A stretch of 64,000 bases of DNA from Octopus bimaculoides. Its lineage: Eukaryota. The stretch covers positions 57,579,386 to 57,643,385 of the forward strand of contig NC_068985.1 of NCBI RefSeq assembly GCF_001194135.2, written 5' to 3'. The translations under genes and the position numbers were made by a program. Shown here one piece after another: positions 23,302-37,246 of the stretch (positions within the stretch are counted from its first letter, which is position 1; the number at the start of each line of letters is the position of its first letter). A model generated the notes under the pieces. The model made no database searches. It had not been told where the DNA came from and saw only the letters and a list, made by a program, of their open reading frames with translations.

Positions 23302-24278
23302 NNNNNNNNNNNNNNNNNNNNNNNNNNNNNNNNNNNNNNNNNNNNNNNNNNNNNNNNNNNNNNNNNNNNNNNNNNNNNNNNNNNNNNNNNNNNNNNNNNN
23401 NNNNNNNNNNNNNNNNNNNNNNNNNNNNNNNNNNNNNNNNNNNNNNNNNNNNNNNNNNNNNNNNNNNNNNNNNNNNNNNNNNNNNNNNNNNNNNNNNNNN
23501 NNNNNNNNNNNNNNNNNNNNNNNNNNNNNNNNNNNNNNNNNNNNNNNNNNNNNNNNNNNNNNNNNNNNNNNNNNNNNNNNNNNNNNNNNNNNNNNNNNNN
23601 NNNNNNNNNNNNNNNNNNNNNNNNNNNNNNNNNNNNNNNNNNNNNNNNNNNNNNNNNNNNNNNNNNNNNNNNNNNNNNNNNNNNNNNNNNNNNNNNNNNN
23701 NNNNNNNNNNNNNNNNNNNNNNNNNNNNNNNNNNNNNNNNNNNNNNNNNNNNNNNNNNNNNNNNNNNNNNNNNNNNNNNNNNNNNNNNNNNNNNNNNNNN
23801 NNNNNNNNNNNNNNNNNNNNNNNNNNNNNNNNNNNNNNNNNNNNNNNNNNNNNNNNNNNNNNNNNNNNNNNNNNNNNNNNNNNNNNNNNNNNNNNNNNNN
23901 NNNNNNNNNNNNNNNNNNNNNNNNNNNNNNNNNNNNNNNNNNNNNNNNNNNNNNNNNNNNNNNNNNNNNNNNNNNNNNNNNNNNNNNNNNNNNNNNNNNN
24001 NNNNNNNNNNNNNNNNNNNNNNNNNNNNNNNNNNNNNNNNNNNNNNNNNNNNNNNNNNNNNNNNNNNNNNNNNNNNNNNNNNNNNNNNNNNNNNNNNNNN
24101 NNNNNNNNNNNNNNNNNNNNNNNNNNNNNNNCACACACGGGACTTATATACGTGGTGATATATTTGATTAGAGTGAAATGTAAACTAGGTTTAACAACTC
24201 TGGAAATTTTGAGCAATTTTCAAACAGGTGTTTCAGTTATGAATCTACGTAATTGGTTATTCGCAAGTTATATGCACT

Positions 24279-24440
24279 CCTACCTACCTACCTACCTACC
24301 TACCTACCTACCTACCTACCTACCTACCTACCTACCTACCTACATACATACATACATACCTACCTACCTACGTACCCAAATACCTACCTACCTACCTACC
24401 TACCTAACTAACTACCTACCTACCTAACTAACTATCTAAC
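24279..24440. repeat. (TACC)n tetranucleotide microsatellite
   Basis: Direct reading. Confidence 0.95.
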
Positions 24441-26449
24441 TACCTGCATACATACACACACATGTATGTATTTATGTATATATTTGTATAGTTGTGGTGC
24501 GTTCCGTTAAGAAAGTATTAGAGTACACATAGAGCTCGTTCACCCTTAGAATTCCCAAATAGCCGGTAGTTTTATTATGTATTGATCTTATTATACAGGT
24601 AAATTAAATCGTTAGCTAATTTAATAAATTTAAATTAAAATCCTGTATATATACGTAGACCTATATGTATCGAAGCATTTGTAGTGATCCTTAAAAAGCT
24701 GCCTAACCGTACCTACTCTTCCATTTGACTCTTTTACTCTTTATTATATATATATAGATGGAGACAGGGGGAGAGAAAGATAGAGTGATAGATATATATG
24801 TCTCTATGTATGAATGTATCTGCATGCATGTACATATATTATATACGTATATGGGTGTCTCTGTGTGTGCGTGTAGTTATATGCATATACGTAGTACGAA
24901 AGAGTATGAAATGAACAGGCTTCATAAATTTATATATCTATCTCAGTACGTATTTATATATATATATATATATATNNNNNNNNNNNNNNNNNNNNNNNNN
25001 NNNNNNNNNNNNNNNNNNNNNNNNNNNNNNNNNNNNNNNNNNNNNNNNNNNNNNNNNNNNNNNNNNNNNNNNNNNNNNNNNNNNNNNNNNNNNNNNNNNN
25101 NNNNNNNNNNNNNNNNNNNNNNNNNNNNNNNNNNNNNNNNNNNNNNNNNNNNNNNNNNNNNNNNNNNNNNNNNNNNNNNNNNNNNNNNNNNNNNNNNNNN
25201 NNNNNNNNNNNNNNNNNNNNNNNNNNNNNNNNNNNNNNNNNNNNNNNNNNNNNNNNNNNNNNNNNNNNNNNNNNNNNNNNNNNNNNNNNNNNNNNNNNNN
25301 NNNNNNNNNNNNNNNNNNNNNNNNNNNNNNNNNNNNNNNNNNNNNNNNNNNNNNNNNNNNNNNNNNNNNNNNNNNNNNNNNNNNNNNNNNNNNNNNNNNN
25401 NNNNNNNNNNNNNNNNNNNNNNNNNNNNNNNNNNNNNNNNNNNNNNNNNNNNNNNNNNNNNNNNNNNNNNNNNNNNNNNNNNNNNNNNNNNNNNNNNNNN
25501 NNNNNNNNNNNNNNNNNNNNNNNNNNNNNNNNNNNNNNNNNNNNNNNNNNNNNNNNNNNNNNNNNNNNNNNNNNNNNNNNNNNNNNNNNNNNNNNNNNNN
25601 NNNNNNNNNNNNNNNNNNNNNNNNNNNNNNNNNNNNNNNNNNNNNNNNNNNNNNNNNNNNNNNNNNNNNNNNNNNNNNNNNNNNNNNNNNNNNNNNNNNN
25701 NNNNNNNNNNNNNNNNNNNNNNNNNNNNNNNNNNNNNNNNNNNTATATATATATATATATATGTGAGACTACAAAATGTCATCGCTCCACCACAACTCTA
25801 AAGTTCGTTGCTGTACCTTCATCTCTGTTCTTGCTAGAGTATATCTTGCACAATGAAAACTTGAATATGTACCAGATTTCAGCCTGCACTAAGCCGACTT
25901 GGTGTTCTTTTCACGCAGGACTGTATTCCGGTAAAGTAGACAATTATACTGGAATATATCTGTTACTAGCAATGTTAGCATCTACTCACAGTTCCTCTAC
26001 ATGTGGCAAACTTGAACCTGTTTCTGTGCATTAAGAGGTACGGCATGACCTCCTCACGATATAATAAAGTGTGCTGATTATATGATGACCTTTGGGACAG
26101 TGGAATACGTACTTACCACAAATAGCCGGAAAGCTGATACATTTACGTGATTAGAGGCTATGTATGACAGATCACGCAAATCAGGCCATAAATGCCAACA
26201 GAAGCTATGTAGGTATTCGACACATCTACCTGGTATTTCAATGATGGCTTTTGCATGTCTATATGTGGTTAAGACTGACAACCTCATAATACATTCTTCC
26301 TAGTTGAACTCAACTTGAAGTTCGAAAACGAATCAAACTTTGAACTCTTAGCTGATCCTTCAGCTCAGTGCTCCACGGTGCCTTCTGAACATTTGAATTT
26401 CTTATTGCTAGTGTTGAGTTAATTTTGATCCTATATGTATGTATTTGAA

Positions 26450-27130
26450 CAATTTTCGTAGATCTAGAATCTACTAAAGAGCGTTCATAAATTCAGTCAG
26501 ACGATAAAGCTGAGTCAGTATTAAACCCTTGCAGGTAGGTTTAAGTTATCGATATAAGAGAGATGGTTTATAAGTTTCGTGTATCATTTATAACTAATTG
26601 TAGTCCTATGCATCAAATATATTGAAGGCGTCAAACCTGCGAGAAGAAGGAGATAAGGGACAGAACTGAGTCTCCATGAAAGATTAATTTTCTTATGGAT
26701 ATACTACTTGCTTCAATTATCTCTTTGTCTTGAAGTGGTGTGATGCAATGCATGTATAAATGAAGAAGCTTTAATTGTATGGAGAGCTCCAATATCCAAT
26801 AGTGCTGCATGTTATCAAATGATTTTTGGTAATCAATGCATGCTATGCTATAGTATTTGTTTGTCATCTTTGTGTCTTTGCTGTCTTTGATAATTGCGAA
26901 ATTCACTTGTAACCGCTATTTACAGCCAAAGCATCTCCAACTGGCATTTTTTATACTTTTCTGGTAAGACGTTATTGTTTTTCCAAATGATAACCACTCT
27001 GTTATAAATGGAAGGGACTTGCTGGAAAATAACTGATAGACCTGTATAATTAAACAATAAAAAGTACCAAGGAGAAATAACTGAAGTAGCCTTACGGTAT
27101 TTATTGCTCACCCCTAAGCATCAAAAACTC
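26450..27130 (-). pseudogene. R4/Dong-like (RLE-type) non-LTR retrotransposon RT fragment
   Basis: NKYR...KNNNVLPE, IACIDYQKSFDNMQHYWIL, IRKLIFHGDS, INHLSYIDNLNL correspond to WIDYxKAFDSVPHSW, RGIFQGDS, HLLYMDDLKL. Confidence 0.75.
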
Positions 27131-27261
27131 TACGTTTGAGTGTCTCTTGCGATTTTTACATTTTTTAAGTAGTTGAGGTGGGTGGTTATATCAATCAAAA
27201 TTGACTTACATTCGAGCTGAGTAATTACAAGGATGAATAGAATGCCATAGGTTATTTTAAA

Positions 27262-27470
27262 GGCAGTGACCTGGCAGAATTGTTGGTACGCCGAGCGAGA
27301 TGTTTAGCGGCATGTCGCCTATCTTTACAGTCTGTGTTTCAAACTCCGTCGAGGTCTACGTTGTCTTTTATCCTTTCGGGGTGGATAAAATAAGTACCAC
27401 TTGAAGACTGGGGTCGATGCAAACGACTTACTCCTCCCAAGATCTTACTGGCCTTGTGCCAATGTTTGAA
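27262..27470 (+). mobile_element. SINE family B, near full length, with (ATC/ATT)n tail
   Basis: GGCAGTGACCTGGCAGAAT...TCAAACTCCGTCGAGGTC...CCTTTCGGGGTGGATAAAATAAGTACCA...CTGGGGTCGATG. Confidence 0.85.
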
Positions 27471-27519
27471 ATCATCATCATCGACATCATCGTTATCATT
27501 ATTATTATTATTGATTTGG

Positions 27520-27725
27520 CTCATGTTCGGTCTTATGGCTGGCAGGATTTATATGTGTTGCGGGTTACTACCTGTAACCTTAGGTATCCACTTGCTTTTA
27601 GTAGTCTTTCATGTACTTAGAACATTCCTGATAATCGTTCCTGTTCCTAAGTGTTAAACTTCCTGTAGAAGCTCTACGAGAAATTCTGCTCCAACCTCCT
27701 TCAACCTTAACGCTTTTCATATTGT
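27520..27725 (-). mobile_element. R4/Dong-like LINE 3' end next to (AAT)n
   Basis: Minus translation VELLQEV*HLGTGTIIRNVLST* resembles the ELLQKACLLGTARIIRKVL C-terminus; the 3' UTR ends in (AAT)n. Confidence 0.6.
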
Positions 27726-27728
27726 AAA

Positions 27729-27870
27729 TTCTTCTTCTTCTTCTTCTTCTTCTTCTTCTTCTTCTTCTTCTTCTTCTTCTTCTTCTTCTTCTTCTTCTTC
27801 TTCTTCTTCTTCTTCTTCTTCTTCTTCTTCTTCGTCGTCGTCGTCGTCGTCCTCGTCGTCATCGTTCTAC
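27729..27870. repeat. (TTC)n(TCG)n compound microsatellite
   Basis: Direct reading. Confidence 0.95.
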
Positions 27871-28624
27871 TCAGTCTCCTCCTCTTCCTTCATATTTTCA
27901 CTTCATATACTTCAAAACTATGTTTATGGATGTAGTAAATTATGCAATATATACATTCTACAGTATTCAAGATATTTATGCGAGAGAAACATCAAATATC
28001 CTTTGCCCTATGTGGAAACTGCAAGAGCTACTCATAAGTTTTGCAAGCATTTCTTCCCGATCCATTGCAATGTGGAAACAATTTCCGAATCATCAGCAGG
28101 TATCTCAATGTTACAAGCGTTTCGCCCCGTAGCCTGTACTCTTTGTTTCAGTGCCACAGCGAGGAATGATCTACTCTTCCCTTGCAGAAATTACCTTATT
28201 TCCACACACCCCACACACACACGTGCGCGCACGCAGCCCCCACTCACACATGTATATATATATGTATATATATATATATACGATAGAAATAAGATGGTAT
28301 TTTCGAACGTAGAATTACAGTTAGAACAGCAGAAACACGTAGTTGTTCTATGAAGTTTGTTCTATATAGCATTTAATTCGGCGAGAAGTTTAGCTTAATA
28401 GTAAAGCGTTCAGCAGTAGTCTTTGAGAGTATGGAAATATAGGTTCCAGACCTATGGCTGTTTGTTGACAAGTTTTTCCGCTTTGTAAGGGTAATTTAAC
28501 CAGTATTTCTGCTGTTTTAACGGCTACTCTGCGTTGGAAAAATATCTTATTATTTGTACCGTACAATACACATTTCAACGCTTCTAATCAAAAACAAATA
28601 TTTGCTCGCTTACATCTACACACA

Positions 28625-28655
<31 letters not shown>

Positions 28656-30305
28656 CCATANNNNNNNNNNNNNNNNNNNNNNNNNNNNNNNNNNNNNNNN
28701 NNNNNNNNNNNNNNNNNNNNNNNNNNNNNNNNNNNNNNNNNNNATATATACTATAATATTGAATATAATATATTATTCAATTATATACATTATACATTAT
28801 TCATCATATCTACTGCATAAATCAATTTGTTCTTTATGAAAAATACACAATGCATACAGTATATTAATCAATATGAAATATATTTTTAATATATTATTCA
28901 ATTTTTAGTACTGAAGTTGCTTCAAAATCAGTAGACTTGTTCTCTGAAAAGAAAATTCCTCGTAAACTGTCAAACTGAAAGAAATTGTTTGAATGAAAAA
29001 GGTAACTAATATAGAATGAGAAACAAACGCATGTGCATAAGTTCAACTGTTATTCAAAACGCCTCAAAATATATTAGAGAAATGTTAATTGTTTTCCTCA
29101 TGTAACTTCAAAAACGTACGAATATCTATAAAATATAGCTCCGTGAATTATATCGAATAACCCCTACCCCGAAGTTTTTGAACAATTGCTTGTGTTAGAA
29201 ATCACTTTCTTTCTATTGTGTGCTTTCGATATATTCCCGAGTATAATATTGTAACCGTTGGTTAGATGGTATATGTATTGGTTATTTATTTCGCTGAATG
29301 ATTTTTAAAAATTGCTACCAAAGGAGCTAGATGACTATATCTCATTTAATTCTTCAAATTTTCGTTATTTCCTGTCTCATATTTGCATAATATCTCTATT
29401 TCTGTCAAAGGTACCATACTGCCATTCCAAACTTATTCACGGACGAGGCACTGCGTTTCACGCTGGTTCCCGGAAACCACATGAAAATGATTAACACTAA
29501 TTTGTGTGCGTATACCGGATTATAACAGAGATTATGGTCGATTTGCTATACTTTGCGACATTTCCTGTGTTTATCTATATCAACTTTCATCTTTTTACAT
29601 ATCATAATGTTGGCTTAACCTTCAGTTAATACCTTAGCAACAGAGCGATTTTCTGCTATGCTTTTCACTGGAAACTACCATCTCCGGCCAGAGCAGGTCT
29701 GGGAGTAGTGAGAACTAAGACGTAAATCCATTATACAACCAAATTTCTGAACTTCTGATCAGAGAATTACCACAGGATGCTGCTTAATGTCTCCTCAAAA
29801 ACATTGTGAACTAATACTGTGTTAAATCTGGGTAAAATTCGGTTTGAGTTTCATTTAGAGATAGTAGTGCGTCAGGACGAAAAAAAAAAATTTGAAACGG
29901 AGTATATCTTGGTTTCAAAAAGAAAACATGGAATAAATATTTCATTTCAACTTAAGTGGAAGATATATATTACAAATGGCTTTGAGAGAACGTATTCACA
30001 AGTTGAAAGGTTGCATATGCGTTTAGATAGAAACCAGATGACAAAGTTGGATAGATAACACAAAAGTATAAATGATATATTTTGTTCCATAATAATAATA
30101 ATAACATTCTGGATATGTCTACGAGAATGTCTTTAACCTTCGTAAATATATTCAAGAATGTATCTTTATGCATTAGGACTGAACAGAGTAATTTCTCTCG
30201 ATAGAAATTGAACTCCATGCATTTTCACACGTATCAATTTAAATAAACAATAAGTGCATACTAACACAGAGACGCACGCACAAATATTATTCTATTTTTC
30301 TCTCA

Positions 30306-30337
<32 letters not shown>

Positions 30338-30869
30338 NNNNNNNNNNNNNNNNNNNNNNNNNNNNNNNNNNNNNNNNNNNNNNNNNNNNNNNNNNNNNNN
30401 NNNNNNNNNNNNNNNNNNNNNNNNNNNNNNNNNNNNNNNNNNNNNNNNNNNNNNNNNNNNNNNNNNNNNNNNNNNNNNNNNNNNNNNNNNNNNNNNNNNN
30501 NNNNNNNNNNNNNNNNNNNNNNNNNNNNNNNNNNNNNNNNNNNNNNNNNNNNNNNNNNNNNNNNNNNNNNNNNNNNNNNNNNNNNNNNNNNNNNNNNNNN
30601 NNNNNNNNNNNNNNNNNNNNNNNNNNNNNNNNNNNNNNNNNNNNNNNNNNNNNNNNNNNNNNNNNNNNNNNNNNNNNNNNNNNNNNNNNNNNNNNNNNNN
30701 NNNNNNNNNNNNNNNNNNNNNNNNNNNNNNNNNNNNNNNAGTGCTTTCCTTCACTATATCTAACAGGACATTAGATTCTTCTGCTTTAATTGAATAGTCT
30801 GTAAGTAGAGAAGGAATACAGTTGGAGTATCCATAATAAAGATAAAAGACCTAAAAAGAAGTTCTGGTC

Positions 30870-30870
<1 letters not shown>

Positions 30871-30927
<57 letters not shown>

Positions 30928-30976
30928 GAAGAAGAAGAAGAAGTAGAAGAAGAAGAAGAAGAAGAAGAAGAAGAAG

Positions 30977-31007
<31 letters not shown>

Positions 31008-31060
31008 TCAACAACGACGACGACGAAGGCAACACCAACAACAACAACAATAATAATAAA
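30871..31060. repeat. Compound trinucleotide microsatellite (TAA)n(GAA)n(CAA)n(CGA)n
   Basis: Direct reading. Confidence 0.95.
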
Positions 31061-31264
31061 AATTTAGAAAATTGAATGTTCTTTATACATTTAAAAAGAA
31101 TATTATATGAAAATAAAATACAAAAAAAAAATTGCTTCTCAATTATATGCCAGCATGATTGCCAGAAGCCAATATAATTAAATATTGATCTGGAGAATAG
31201 ACGGTTGATTGATGTGTATGTATGTATGTATGTATGTATGTACGTACGTATGTATGTATGTATG

Positions 31265-31298
<34 letters not shown>

Positions 31299-31390
31299 TG
31301 TATGTTTGTATGTATGTATGTATGTTTGTATGTATGTATGTATATATGTGTGTGCCAATATATATATACATACATACACACACACACAAC

Positions 31391-31468
<78 letters not shown>

Positions 31469-32247
31469 CATAAGCGTGTATATGTTTGTGTTCATATATA
31501 TACATCAACACACTCACACACACACATATATCTCAATAATGCGTATAGATATAGGCATAAAGACGCAAACACAAAAGACACATTCATATCTATCATATAT
31601 ATATGTATATATGTTTATATAAAATAAGTATATACATACATATATTCACGCACACACGCACATATTTGTGTACGCGTGTGTGTCTGGGTATATCAATATA
31701 GAATCATACTGAGGTTCTAAAATTGAATTTTAATAAATTCCTCACTATATGACCGCTCACTGTCCATATTAAATTGAACTTCCACCCTCGCTACTTGTAT
31801 ATTATCTTAAACATTTTTTCTACGAATTATTTTTGATTTGATTTCTTTGTTATCGTTACGTTACAAAATGTCTACGCTGACTCTATCCTCGAGCACATAT
31901 GCCATCTATTGTGTCGTGATATAAGTATTTTTTTACGCTCCAAACAACATATTTCTTTATATATCAGATTATGTGGGAGAACATACAACGCTGCTGAGAC
32001 CAAGTGTAAGTTATTTCAGATTCCGAGCAGAAGTGGAGTGTTCGTTCCATTTTGAGAGTAATCCGAACACTTTAAGACCTTAATTCTGGTTTTAATGAAT
32101 CGTTTCACCTCTTTTAATTAGTGTTAGTTAGCCTCTGGGGAATTTCGGGGGTAATTAGCTACAAGAAGGTTTGATTGAGCGTAAAATATCAATGAAGATA
32201 ATTTATCTACAAGTGACCAGAGTATCATAATATTCCTGACAAACTAA

Positions 32248-32462
32248 GGCAGTGAGCTCGCAGAAACGTTAGCAGGCTGGGCGAAATGCTTAGTGGTATT
32301 TCGTCTGTCTTTATGCTCTGAGTTCAAATTCCACCAAGGTCGACTTTGCCATTCATCTTTTCGGGGTCGATAAATTAATTACAATTTGCGTATTGGGGTC
32401 GACGTAATCGACTGGCTCCCTCCCCCAAAATTTCCAGCCTTGTGCCTAGAGTAGAAAAGAAT
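32248..32462 (+). mobile_element. SINE family B, full length
   Basis: GGCAGTGAGCTCGCAGAAACGTTAGC...GAGTTCAAATTCCACCAAGGTCGACTTTGCC...CGGGGTCGATAAATT...TTGTGCCTAGAGTAGAAAAGA. Confidence 0.9.
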
Positions 32463-32684
32463 ATTCCTCACATTCTTCGTTTTACTATTATATGACTGAC
32501 AAACGTCTTACAAATTACATCAGTTTATTAATTCAGTGCACTTTGAAACAGTCACGCCTTGAACTTAACGTCATGCAGTGATGTGTCTAACGATGTTTCT
32601 GAACAAGATCAAATGGATTATAATATTTGTACCTACACATGCAAGATACACACACACATATTTATATATTCTTTTATTCTTTTA

Positions 32685-32760
32685 CTTGACTCAGTCATTT
32701 GGCTGAGGCCATGCTGGAGTACCACCTTTAGTCGAACAAATCGATTGAAACATTTTTTGT
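32685..32760 (-). mobile_element. SINE family A 3' fragment
   Basis: CAGTCATTTGGCTGAGGCCATGCTGGAGTACCACCTTTAGTCGAACAAATCGA. Confidence 0.7.
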
Positions 32761-35700
32761 AAATTAATACAACACTCCCCTCCTCTAACTATAGGACCGT
32801 CAGTAGCCTTATCTTATCATGCATTGTATCTCTTCCTCCAACCACTCAAAACCACTGCCACTCCCTTGTCTTTTTCATAATAACACTCTATAAAAACACT
32901 CAGTAGGTAATTCCCATTAGAAATAAATAGTACTTATTTTCCCTAATGGATGTAAATGTCTTTTGTATGACAGGACAACCGAACTCCAGAAACGGCTGTC
33001 GGATTATTAACTGGATTAGTAATACCCACACTTTTCATCTTATAGACTCTTAACTCATTTTATGACTTCGTTTTATAATCTGTAAGTTAACCTATATATG
33101 TATTTATTTTTTCAATATATTTTTAGTATATATATATATATATATAGTTATATATTTTTATAATTATATTTTTAGTATATTGATTACTCTATATATTTTT
33201 ATATATCTATGTATTTTTTTATGTCTGATATATTAAATATACTTTCGGAGAAATTCGTGCATGTTGGATCCAGGGCAGAATAAATATTAATGTATGAGTG
33301 AACTTGATTTGCCTAACTTTGTTTCCAACTACTACATTATTCTAACGCTTAAGGTTTAATATCCTGAGCACTTCAAAGTGAAGTCTATCCATTGGAGGAA
33401 ATGTTTTTAGTCATAATCACACACACAAACACACAAACACACACATACATATATATTATTCTAACTTGCTTTCCCTACATTTATATATATATATATATTT
33501 GACTGATGCAACGCGCATTAAATGGCTAACATTGTCTACTTCAAGAGCTGCCATATCATCTTTCCTAGATGTTGGCTCAGGGCCAGGGGTTAGTGTGAAT
33601 ATGGTGACAGTAATAAATGACTTGTATCAAACGTATGCCACTGCTACTGATGGAAAGAAAGGAGACAGATTTGTATCAACTGAAATTTGAAAATGTTTCT
33701 GCAGACAGAGCGACGTTTTCGGCGCAAGATTTATGCTACATTCTTGCTACAATATCATACTATTATAATCTGAAACCTTATTTCACTTCGTATTCTCTCA
33801 ATGATTGAACTTATTGCTTTAACAAATGCAACTAAGCCTTTTAGCTTATACTGTTTATGGTTCTAATAACTCCAGCTGTTATAATATATTCCCTTTATAG
33901 ATGGATCTGTATTTACCTTGATTTGTGGCGTTGTGAACTAAGAATGGTCTGATTCATTTCCTTACCAAAGCAGGAGGCATCTGAATATTTTAAGGCCAAA
34001 TGTAATTGACACTATAGTTGTCACTGATTCGCATCTGTCCCCTTGGATATACTCTCCGTAATGATTATGGACGGAGGTTTAATGGGACATTAGTATTACT
34101 TCGTTGCCAAATGTAGATGTTCATCCGCCAGTCAAAACCTAGCAACATCAGCTATTAATTCCAGCTTTTCTCCCTTCGGTAACACCTTCTCTGTGATCAT
34201 CCTACACCAAACCGATAGGGTTTATGTAAATGTCTATATATTTCCTTGAACGAAGAATACAGCACATGCATCTCTAAATTACAAACATTAAGAGAAAAAA
34301 ACAGTGCTACATACTGAATGCTAATAGAATCTATAAAATGCCTTTTAGAGCCAGATGTAATCATGCTACATAATCAATAATGTGTATGATTGGTATTATA
34401 TCAGTTTACATCAAGGAAAATACAACAATATTTAGTGTGACATATTGCGTAAGCCCATCGTTCATTCCATTCATAAAAGGAATGAACCTAATTGAAAATA
34501 TTTTTTTTATTATTATAAGCGAAGTCATTTGGATGTGGAGAGAATGTGATTCAATGTATTTGATATATGTTTGTATTTCAGTGGATGCTGCACGTTACTA
34601 TAGAAATGGCAAACGTTGTATTCAAACAATACATTGATATATTGAATATGTTATACTTCAGGAGTCTTAGCTAAAGATTATTGACAGAGCTTTGGAAAAA
34701 TCAAAGAATAGAGAGATTAAGAACACTTCTTGACAATTGTCACTTTATGTATAATGGCGTGTGTGTACCCAACATGTATAATGGTGTATGTAGCTTGTAT
34801 GTATAATGGCATGTGTACTCTAGATGTCATTCAATCCCAGTAGTTTAGGGTCACAGCTGACGGAATATTTGCAGGAATGGTAGTTTTAGACCTATCTACC
34901 CACATTGCTGAAGTGCGGGTTCGAAGATGTGATCTCATATTTGGGTAAGAAGCTCTGGCCGTAAGTATTTAATCATATATCGCTTTAAATAAGGCTTACA
35001 CTTTGTTTCTCGACGGTTCTTCGCAGGCACTGGACGGGTATTCAGCTTGCAATATGTTGTTTTAGTGGTTACTAAGTCAAAGTCAACCCTTAAAGATACC
35101 CATGGCATCCGGGTCAGCTATGGCTAGTCTATAATATTACTAGATTTAAGATTACACTATCCAATATGTACATTTCCTTTCTAAGGCTGCATATATAATT
35201 TGACGAAAATTTGGCCGCTAGTTTTTGCATGCTGAGGCTCCGTCTTTGGTCTGTTATAGATCACGTTACTAGAAAACCTATCTTGAGATGTAAATATCAC
35301 GGGGTTGTAATTTTTTCAAAATATTCAAATATATATGAGGCAGCTTGTTAGAATTAAGAATTGGTGCAGGAACAGTAGGGAATATCCATTATCTAAGATA
35401 GTTCTCAAACATCATTAATGTGTCAGTCAGATATCAAAGTACTGTAGGAAATTATCACTTGTTTATTTGAACAGACCGTAGTACACAACTAAAATAACCA
35501 TTCGCATGTGAGCTTTGTTTAGTTTGTTTCAAAAGCATACACAAGTAAACAAACATTGTTCCACGCATTAATATTACATTTTTCCATCTTTCATTGTCAC
35601 ATTCTTTTATCTCTCTCTTATATTCCATAGTCCTACAGTGAATATACTGTAAACAAAACATATTTACTCTTTACTAAGCGAATCCACGAAAACGTATCCA

Positions 35701-35965
35701 TGGCAATACATTGTATATTGAATATTATATAATATACATTGTAGACTTTGTATTATCTAGAAATACAACTATTAACGTTCGTAATTTCTTCGATGTTAGG
35801 AACAACTACTATAAAATGAAGTCGAGAAAAAGGTTATTACCATTTTAAATAGCTGCAAGTTGAATAAACACACGACACAAACTACTTCAAAAGAAGAGCG
35901 CAAACAAATATTAGGACTAGTACCAAATGCACACACACCCGCACGCAAAGGTACGCACAAACATG

Positions 35966-36027
<62 letters not shown>

Positions 36028-36121
36028 TTTATGCAAGGAAATACTCGATTGAGAGCACCGTAGAACTTCATGTGAATGACGGACACCTAGTTCTAGCTAG
36101 AAGAAGTGTTTAAATTCTAGA

Positions 36122-36508
36122 CAGATTATGAACCAATCTTTTTGAACCATGTTTCATCTATGTACCACTTTGATTACTATTTTACTCTGATGAAACCCCA
36201 TAGCCTTTCGATATTTAAATATACTTCTTTCAAACTTCCTATCTTGTTTAACAGACATTCACTTATATAGGTTTGAAGTTGCAATCTGTGAGAGAACATG
36301 TTTCAGTCGCTGCAAACATGTTGAACTATGCTAAGCATTAGAGTAAGAAACTTAGTTGTTTCTTGCAGTATATATATCTAAAGCAAAGTGTTTTCATCTA
36401 GACTAAACTCCTGCTGCGAATCTCCAATTTACTATTTTGCTTGCATGGAGCCCATAAAATTCTCTATGGACCTCCGGGTGTTATATGGACCCTAGTTGAG
36501 AACCACTG
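36122..36508. mobile_element. hAT (Charlie-like) non-autonomous element
   Basis: Right end GTTGAGAACCACTG (reverse of CAGTGGTTCTCAAC), decayed left end, TCTAGA-cored flanks on both sides typical of the Charlie target site. Confidence 0.6.
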
Positions 36509-37194
36509 GTCTAGAAGAAGGAAACTTGTTTATAAATCCAGATGACCTCTGAGCTTTCGGTCAAAACAGCTTCTGCTAGAACAACGGGGAGCGGAGTAAA
36601 CGGATCTATCTGAAAAATGAGTGCAGCGCTTTGCACGCCTCATTCACTATAGTTATTTTCTCTCACAGAAACGTCTTGAAAAGAATACTCGACGGATCTC
36701 ACACAAAATTTTTCTGCGATAGAGGATAGAGCTGTGCAACATGCAGGCTTGAAAAAACGGGACTTATGTAATTGTAATCTAGTACATAACCGGTGTAGGA
36801 TATTGATCGCTGATGTTTCATACCCTATGTATGTTCTATAGTTGAAAGTGAAAAAAGCCAGCACAAAATCGACACTGTATGTTCTATAAGTGAATGTGAA
36901 AGAAAGCTGCACAAAAAGAAGGGGAAAGCCTGAGTGAAGAGGACGCCGAGAACCCAAGAAATGAGGTCGTGTCGTACAATTTTAAGGTCATTTTCACTTT
37001 CGTCCCATGTTTCACGCGTGCGTCGAATTGGGCATTATCTTTCTCTTTCAATTTCCCATTATATATTTCTACTCTTAACAAATTAAAACTTCACTACATT
37101 TCCTTATTTTGGAATTAAGAAAGGTATGCAAAAATGACTTCCTTTGCATACCAACGCACGCGCACGCACGCACGCACACACACACACACATACA

Positions 37195-37246
<52 letters not shown>

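Noticed and set aside
28003-28353. 116-aa plus ORF and ~52-codon minus frame as an exon; CTGATGA at ~28092 (minus)
   Set aside because: No recognisable domain, the ORF runs into microsatellite, and the hammerhead stems cannot be formed
30760-31627. Long ORFs of up to 217 aa
   Set aside because: Translations of tri-, tetra- and dinucleotide microsatellites
32955-33006. Hammerhead-like CC-A-GAAAC-GGCT-GTC-GGAT
   Set aside because: 5' core box and stem I partner are missing
34900-35120. Possible GIY-YIG C-terminal remnant (minus strand, KRYMIKYLRPEL)
   Set aside because: Similarity too short, no upstream GIY/YIG motifs
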